DNA of 64,000 bases from an uncultured Helicobacter sp. GTDB taxonomy: Bacteria; Campylobacterota; Campylobacteria; Campylobacterales; Helicobacteraceae. Positions 58,193 through 64,000 of the stretch are shown one piece after another (within the stretch, counting starts at the first letter, position 1; each line of letters opens with the position of its first letter). The notes under the pieces were generated by a model, which did no database searches, was not told the origin of the DNA, and saw only the letters and a list, made by a program, of their open reading frames with translations. The stretch covers positions 271-64,270 of the forward strand of contig CAMWUR010000004.1 of NCBI GenBank assembly GCA_947177485.1, written 5' to 3'. Made by a program: the position numbers and the translations under genes.

Positions 58193-59415
58193 TGGCAGCT
58201 AAAATGGAACTTCAAAAAACAGAAGTATGGGACGGCAATATGGCAGCCACGCATGCAATGCGACAAGCGCAAATTGATGTTGTTGCTGCCTATCCTATCA
58301 CGCCTTCAACACCCATCGTCCAGACTTATGCGAGTTTTTTGGCAGATGGCTATGTCGATGGTGAGTTTGTGATGGTTGAAAGCGAACATGCTGCAATGAG
58401 CGGTTGCGTTGGTGCGGCTGCTGCGGGCGGACGTGTTGCCACAGCGACAAGCTCGCAAGGCTTTGCGCTGATGGTTGAGGTGCTCTATCAAGCGTCAGGA
58501 ATGCGCTTGCCGATTGTGCTCAACCTCGTCAACCGTGCGCTTGCAAGCCCATTGAATGTCAATGGCGACCATTCTGATATGTATCTTGGGCGCGATGCGG
58601 GCTGGATTAATCTATGTGCCTACAATGCGCAAGAAGTGTATGATTTGAATCTTATGGCATTTAAGATTGCCGAAGATTTAGCGGTGCGCTTGCCTGTCAT
58701 GGTGCATCAAGACGGATTCATCTGCTCACACACGGCACAGAGTGTACACCCTCTGCAAGACGATGAAGCGTATGCGTTTATTGGCGATTATAAGCCCAAA
58801 AATCCCCTGCTTGACTTCGAGCACCCCGTAACTTATGGTTCGCAAACCGAAGAAGATTGGCATTTTGAACACAAAATGCGTCAGCACCATGATTTAATGG
58901 AATCTATCCATGTGATTGAGCGCGTTTTTGACGAGTTCCAGAAGCTCACAGGCAGACGTTATCGCGCGGTTGAAGAATACGACATGGACGATGCCGAAGT
59001 CGTGATTGTCGCGCTTGGTACGGCTGTCGAATCTGCACGTTTTGCTGCAAAAGAAGTGCGCAAAAGAGGAATCAAGGCAGGCGTTGTCGCGCTGCGCGTG
59101 TTGCGTCCGCTGCCATATAGCGCCTTTGGCAAGGCGCTTGCAAAGGCAAAGGCTGTTGCATTTCTTGATAGAAGCTCGCCCGCAGGCGCAATGGGAATGC
59201 TTTACAACGAAGGCGTTGCGGCGCTCTATCAGGCGCTTAGTGCGCACAAAACGATTGTGAGTAATTATATCTATGGACTTGGTGGGCGCGACCTCAAGCA
59301 ATCGGACATCATCGAGGTGTATCAGACACTCAACAAAGATGCGCAAAGCGGCAAACGTAGTGTGCCAACACAGCAATTCATCGGGCTTCGCGGCGCACAA
59401 ATCGGCTTTTTCTAA
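58192..59415 (+). CDS. porA: pyruvate:ferredoxin oxidoreductase alpha subunit
   Basis: ORF 58156..59415. The ATG at 58192 overlaps the porD stop (TAATG). 407 aa. Confidence 0.9.
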   Translation: MAAKMELQKTEVWDGNMAATHAMRQAQIDVVAAYPITPSTPIVQTYASFLADGYVDGEFVMVESEHAAMSGCVGAAAAGGRVATATSSQGFALMVEVLYQASGMRLPIVLNLVNRALASPLNVNGDHSDMYLGRDAGWINLCAYNAQEVYDLNLMAFKIAEDLAVRLPVMVHQDGFICSHTAQSVHPLQDDEAYAFIGDYKPKNPLLDFEHPVTYGSQTEEDWHFEHKMRQHHDLMESIHVIERVFDEFQKLTGRRYRAVEEYDMDDAEVVIVALGTAVESARFAAKEVRKRGIKAGVVALRVLRPLPYSAFGKALAKAKAVAFLDRSSPAGAMGMLYNEGVAALYQALSAHKTIVSNYIYGLGGRDLKQSDIIEVYQTLNKDAQSGKRSVPTQQFIGLRGAQIGFF

Positions 59416-59424
59416 GGAGACATT

Positions 59425-60369
59425 ATGGCAGATATTAAAAACCTTAAACAATACTCACGCGCTCGTGAACGTTTCGAGGGTGCACATCTTTTGTGCCCCG
59501 GCTGTGCACATGGCATGATTATCCGTGAAGTACTGAATGCGACAGACAATCCCGTTTTTATTGCTGCTTCGACTGGTTGTATGGAAGTCAGCACGGCTGT
59601 CTATCCGCACACATCATGGGACACGCCATGGATTCATATCGGGTTTGAAAACAGCTCGACAGCCGCTGGTTGTGCCGAGGCGATGTATAAATGCTTGGAA
59701 CGCAAAGGCAGATTGTATAGCGACAAAAAGCCCAAGTTTGTCGCGATTGGAGGCGATGGCTCGACGTATGACATCGGATTCCAATTCATCAGCGGCACTT
59801 TTGAGCGCGGGCATAATATCACTTATGTTTGTCTCGATAACGAAGTCTATGCAAACACGGGCGGGCAAAGAAGCGGCAGCACACCCTTTGCTGCAAATAC
59901 GACAACAACACCTGCAGGACGCGTCAGTTATGGCAAAAAAGACCGCAAAAAAGATATTTTGGCGATTATGGCAGCGCATGGTTCGCCCTATGTTGCACAG
60001 GTTGCGCCGAACAAATGGAAAGATATGGCACAAAAAATCAAACGTGCAATGGAGACAGAAGGACCGACTTTCATCAACGCGATGAGCGCCTGCACGACAG
60101 AATGGCGTTTTCCGTCCAACACGACCATCGAAGTCAGCGATTTAGCCGTTGATTCGCTCGTGTTTCCACTCTATGAAATTGTGAATGGTTGCGAGCTCAA
60201 CATCACCTATCGCCCCAAAAAGGTGATTCCTGTGCGCGATTATCTCGCTGTGCAGGGGCGATTCAAGCATTTGTTCACGAAAGAAAACGAGCACCTCATT
60301 GAGCAATGGCAAAAAGAGGTTGATGCGCGTTGGGAGCGATTGCAACGTCGAGAGGAAGCGCGAGTGTAG
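59425..60369 (+). CDS. porB: pyruvate:ferredoxin oxidoreductase beta subunit (TPP-binding)
   Basis: 314 aa with the GGDG..YDIG TPP motif. Confidence 0.9.
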   Translation: MADIKNLKQYSRARERFEGAHLLCPGCAHGMIIREVLNATDNPVFIAASTGCMEVSTAVYPHTSWDTPWIHIGFENSSTAAGCAEAMYKCLERKGRLYSDKKPKFVAIGGDGSTYDIGFQFISGTFERGHNITYVCLDNEVYANTGGQRSGSTPFAANTTTTPAGRVSYGKKDRKKDILAIMAAHGSPYVAQVAPNKWKDMAQKIKRAMETEGPTFINAMSACTTEWRFPSNTTIEVSDLAVDSLVFPLYEIVNGCELNITYRPKKVIPVRDYLAVQGRFKHLFTKENEHLIEQWQKEVDARWERLQRREEARV

Positions 60370-60486
60370 CGATTTGAATCGTCATGATAGAGACGCAGTG
60401 TGCAAATCATTTTGCATGGCTCTATTGTGGTGTTCAAATTTCATCTCACAGCAGGGAGTGCAAAAGGAATGCAAGAAAAGTAAGAA

Positions 60487-60574
60487 TGGCAGACAGAAGG
60501 GGATTCGAACCCCTGAAGGCTTGCACCTTACACGCGTTCCAGGCGTGCTCCTTCGACCACTCGGACACCTGTCT
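60487..60574 (-). tRNA. tRNA-Ser (GGA)
   Basis: The reverse complement AGACAGGTGTCCGAGTGGTCGAAGGAG...CTGGAAC...GGGGTTCGAATCCCCTTCTGTCTGCCA has a long variable arm and an A1:U72 first pair. Confidence 0.85.
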
Positions 60575-60761
60575 ATATTGCACATTGTAGCGCAGAACGA
60601 TTGAAACAAACTTTAAAGCAAAATCTTGGGTATAAATGCTACAATATCCTTTGATTCTATCTGTGCAATCATTCTTTTAATGTGTATTTTAGCAAAAAGC
60701 TGACAAAGTAGAATCACCTGTTTTTCGCAGGGGGAATTTCATCTATCATCAAGGAGCATCA

Positions 60762-62045
60762 ATGGCTACAGTGACACTCATCAACAATGAAACAGGCGAA
60801 AAATTCGATTTTGACCTCATCGAATGTACGCGAGGACCAAAAGCTGTGGATTTTTCAAAATTATTTGAAAAGACTGGAATTTTTTCGTATGACCCCGGCT
60901 ATGGTTCAACAGCGGGCTGCCAAAGCACGATTAGCTACATCAACGGGCAAGAGGGGCAGCTCCTCTACAAAGGAATGCCAATCCAAGACATCGTGGATAA
61001 ATATTCTTTTACCGATGTTGCAAAACTACTCATCACAGGCGAAGCGCCCAAAAATAAAGACGAATCAGTCGAGTTTGAGCTTGAGTTGCGCCACCGCTCG
61101 TTCTTGAATGAACGACTCATCAATATCCTCTCGGCTTTTCCTGATAGTGCGCACCCAATGGCAAATCTAAGCTCGGCAGTTGCGGCTCTTTCAACATTCC
61201 ATTATGACTATCGCGACCCTGACAATCGAGATGAATATCAGGTAATGGCGCGCCGCATCATCGCAAAAATCCCTACACTCGTTGCTTTTTCGTATCGCCA
61301 CTCGATTGGCGCGCCGTTCATCTACCCCGACATCTCGCGCGGTTATGTCGAGAATTTTCTCTATATGTTGCGCGCCTATCCGGGCAATCGCCTCAAATAC
61401 ACCAAAGATGGCGAAACCGAGATTACGCCTCTCGAAGTCGAGGCGCTCGACAAAATCTTCACGCTCCATGCCGACCATGGACAAAACGCTTCGACAACCA
61501 CAGTGCGCAATGTCGCATCCACAGGCGTACATCCCTATGCGGCGCTTTCGGCTGGAATCAACGCGCTTTGGGGTCCATCGCATGGCGGCGCGAACGAAAA
61601 AGTGCTTGACCAATTGCGCGAGATTGGCGATGTGAAAAATGTGAGCAAGTTCATTGAACGTGTGAAAGACAAGAGCGACCCCTTCCGCCTTATGGGCTTT
61701 GGGCATCGTGTCTATAAGAGTTATGACCCCCGCGCAAAGGCGATTAAAAACCTCAAGAATGAGCTCAACAAAAAGGGAATCAAAATGGACGCACGATTGA
61801 GCGAGATTGCTGAAGCGCTCGAAGAAGTCGCGTTGAGCGATGAATACTTCATCAAACGCGGACTCTATCCCAATGTGGATTTTTATAGCGGAATCATTCT
61901 CACTGCGCTCAAGATTCCTGTTTCGCTCTTCACTCCGATTTTTGTGATTGGGCGCATGCCGGGCTGGAGTGCACAGCTCATTGAACATCTCAAAAATCCC
62001 CATGCGCGAATCACGCGCCCCCGACAAGTGTATGTCGGCAAATAG
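60762..62045 (+). CDS. gltA: citrate synthase
   Basis: 427 aa with [10 protein letters not shown] and GFGHRVYK. Confidence 0.95.
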   Translation: MATVTLINNETGEKFDFDLIECTRGPKAVDFSKLFEKTGIFSYDPGYGSTAGCQSTISYINGQEGQLLYKGMPIQDIVDKYSFTDVAKLLITGEAPKNKDESVEFELELRHRSFLNERLINILSAFPDSAHPMANLSSAVAALSTFHYDYRDPDNRDEYQVMARRIIAKIPTLVAFSYRHSIGAPFIYPDISRGYVENFLYMLRAYPGNRLKYTKDGETEITPLEVEALDKIFTLHADHGQNASTTTVRNVASTGVHPYAALSAGINALWGPSHGGANEKVLDQLREIGDVKNVSKFIERVKDKSDPFRLMGFGHRVYKSYDPRAKAIKNLKNELNKKGIKMDARLSEIAEALEEVALSDEYFIKRGLYPNVDFYSGIILTALKIPVSLFTPIFVIGRMPGWSAQLIEHLKNPHARITRPRQVYVGK

Positions 62046-62046
62046 C

Positions 62047-63132
62047 ATGCTCGGTGTCGCGCTTCTTGGCTGCGGACGTATCGCGTTGCGGCATGCCGAG
62101 CTCCTAAGCAAAGGTGAGATTCCGTCTATGCAGCTTGCCTGTGTCTGCGATGTACAAGAGGAGCGCGCACGCAACTTTGGGGAGCGCTATGGTGTCCCTT
62201 ATTTTACCGATATGCATGAGATGATGCGGCAATGTGGCGCGACAATCCATGTCGTTTCGATTCTGACACCAAGCGGCTTGCATGCGCGCCACACAATCGA
62301 GCTCGCACCCTATCGCAAGCATGTTGTTGTCGAGAAGCCTATGGCGCTCACACTTGATGATGCAGATGCAATGATTCAAGCATGCGATAAGAATCGGATT
62401 AAGCTCTTTGTTGTGAAGCAAAATCGCTACAATCTCCCCGTACAAAAATTGCGCGAAGCACTCGAGGCAGGGCGCTTTGGCAAGCTTGTCATGGGCAGCG
62501 TGCGCGTGCGGTGGTGCCGCGACCAAAAATATTACGACCAAGATTCATGGCGCGGAACATGGGCGATGGACGGCGGCGTTTTCACAAACCAAGCGAGCCA
62601 CCACATCGACTTGCTTGAATGGATGCTTGGCGATGTAACAAGTGTCTTTGCCAAGAGTCGCACGGCACTTAGCCATATCGAAGCTGAAGACACAGGCGTG
62701 GCGATTGTGCATTTTGCAAGCGGCGCGCTGGGTATGATAGAGGCGACAACAGCCACGCGCCCTGTTGATTTGGAGGGCAGCCTTTCGATTTTGGGCGAGG
62801 GCGGGAGTGTCGAGATTGGCGGATTTGCTGTGAATCAAATTCTGCATTGGAACTTCGCTAAACCTATTCCAAGCGATAAGGAAGTGGTTGAGAAATTTTC
62901 AGTCAATCCACCAAATGTCTATGGATTTGGGCATAAAGAATATTACACGCATGTTGTGGATTCGATACAAAACAATACAAAGGCTCTTGTCGATGGGCTT
63001 GAGGGGCGCAAAAGCCTTGAATTGATTGTTGCGATATATGAAAGTATCGAAACAGGCAAGGAAGTCTTTTTGCGATTCCACCCAACGCAATGCAAGTTAG
63101 GGCATTTTGTGCAAAATAATGCTAAGATATAG
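62047..63132 (+). CDS. Gfo/Idh/MocA-family sugar-nucleotide oxidoreductase
   Basis: ORF 61948..63132 trimmed to the ATG at 62047, right after the gltA stop. Rossmann N-terminus GVALLGCGRIA. Confidence 0.8.
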   Translation: MLGVALLGCGRIALRHAELLSKGEIPSMQLACVCDVQEERARNFGERYGVPYFTDMHEMMRQCGATIHVVSILTPSGLHARHTIELAPYRKHVVVEKPMALTLDDADAMIQACDKNRIKLFVVKQNRYNLPVQKLREALEAGRFGKLVMGSVRVRWCRDQKYYDQDSWRGTWAMDGGVFTNQASHHIDLLEWMLGDVTSVFAKSRTALSHIEAEDTGVAIVHFASGALGMIEATTATRPVDLEGSLSILGEGGSVEIGGFAVNQILHWNFAKPIPSDKEVVEKFSVNPPNVYGFGHKEYYTHVVDSIQNNTKALVDGLEGRKSLELIVAIYESIETGKEVFLRFHPTQCKLGHFVQNNAKI

Positions 63133-63171
63133 CGTGGCATATGAGCCGATAATTTCTAAAAAGGGGTTTCT

Positions 63172-63651
63172 TTGAATCCAACATCTCTCTCATTTGAACC
63201 CAAGATACTCAAAGTCGGGATTCGTGATGTGCAATGCGGCAAAGGTGTCGTGATTGTCGAACCAAGCAATCTCTATGAATGCACACTTGCCGATGGTGTT
63301 TTTGTGGGTCCGTTTGTCGAGATTCAACGTGGCGTCAAGGTGGGTGCAAATACGAAGATCCAATCGCATAGTTTCATCTGTGAACTTGTCGATATTGGGC
63401 ATGACTGCTTCATCGGGCAGGGCGTTGTGTTTATCAATGACCTTTTTTCTGATGGTGCGCCAAGCGGCAACTCAAGCCATTGGCGGCGTACGATTATCGG
63501 CAACAATGTGAGCATTGGTAGCAACGCAACGATTCTGCCTGTGCGAATCTGCGATGGCTGTGTGATTGGCGCGGGCGCTGTGCTGACAAAAGATGCGCTT
63601 GAGTGCGGAATCTATGCGGGCAACCCCGCGCGTTTGTTACGTGCATTGTAG
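63172..63651 (+). CDS. left-handed beta-helix (hexapeptide-repeat) sugar N-acetyltransferase
   Basis: 159 aa with hexapeptide repeats. TTG start 6 nt after AAAAGGGG. Confidence 0.7.
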   Translation: MNPTSLSFEPKILKVGIRDVQCGKGVVIVEPSNLYECTLADGVFVGPFVEIQRGVKVGANTKIQSHSFICELVDIGHDCFIGQGVVFINDLFSDGAPSGNSSHWRRTIIGNNVSIGSNATILPVRICDGCVIGAGAVLTKDALECGIYAGNPARLLRAL

Positions 63652-63653
63652 CT

Positions 63654-64000
63654 ATGAAACGCGTTGTTTTTCTGGGTGGCAAAGACATCGGGCGCGCATG
63701 CCTAGAGATTCTGCATGCACATAGCGAACGTCTTGGCTTTCAAATCGCCGCTGTTTTGCCCTCGACTCGTGGGCAGTGTGTGTGGGAGTTTTGCCTCGCG
63801 CATGCGATTCCCATGCTGCAAAGTCTCGAATCTCTGCACACAATCGAGCCTTTCGAGATTCTATTGAGCGTGCAATACCATGCAATTCTCGCGCCTGCCC
63901 ATATCCAATGCGCGCGCGAAATTGCGCTCAATCTCCACCTCGCGCCCTTGCCTGAATATCGCGGCTGCAATCAATTCAGCTTCGCGATTCTAAATGGTGA
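63654..64000 (+). CDS. formyltransferase-family protein (sugar or Fmt-like), 5' partial at the window edge
   Basis: My own translation is MKRVVFLGGKDIGRACLE...NLHLAPLPEYRGCN (formyltransferase N-domain motif). It is open to the end of the window and absent from the ORF track. Confidence 0.65.
   Translation, partial: MKRVVFLGGKDIGRACLEILHAHSERLGFQIAAVLPSTRGQCVWEFCLAHAIPMLQSLESLHTIEPFEILLSVQYHAILAPAHIQCAREIALNLHLAPLPEYRGCNQFSFAILNG

Overview
The window looks like a chromosomal segment from a Helicobacteraceae genome, probably an enterohepatic Helicobacter. The evidence is synteny: gyrA, an HP0702-like gene and flgR; lolA-secA; four-subunit porCDAB; and a pseC/flaC-like pair. No species can be assigned from the sequence alone. 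Most of the window is GC-richer housekeeping DNA: accBC, dcd, prs, mnmA, gyrA, flgR, lolA, secA, carB, pflAB, a TorA-like S/N-oxide reductase, ilvD, thiD, porCDAB, gltA, three tRNAs and an SRP RNA that the ORF track cannot show. Several visibly AT-richer accessory patches interrupt it. (1) pabBC-pabA lies next to two tandem DNA methyltransferases with no nuclease. (2) A nested restriction-modification (R-M) island sits downstream of ilvD and is bounded by three copies of the ilvD 3' end; it contains a HEPN-like gene packed against a nuclease/methylase pair. (3) A 618-bp in-frame segment encoding a GNAT-like domain is inserted inside ilvD. (4) A minus-strand island (about 48.3-52.7 kb) holds three toxin-antitoxin (TA) cassettes with a shared antitoxin N-terminus. 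One of them, a Doc cassette, sits between the two halves of what looks like a type IIG nuclease-methylase-TRD enzyme. There are also two G homopolymer tracts, one of them a mid-gene on/off switch, a solitary TIR-like gene, and an apparent excess of GANTC sites. I recognised no rRNA, CRISPR array, transposase or integrase.
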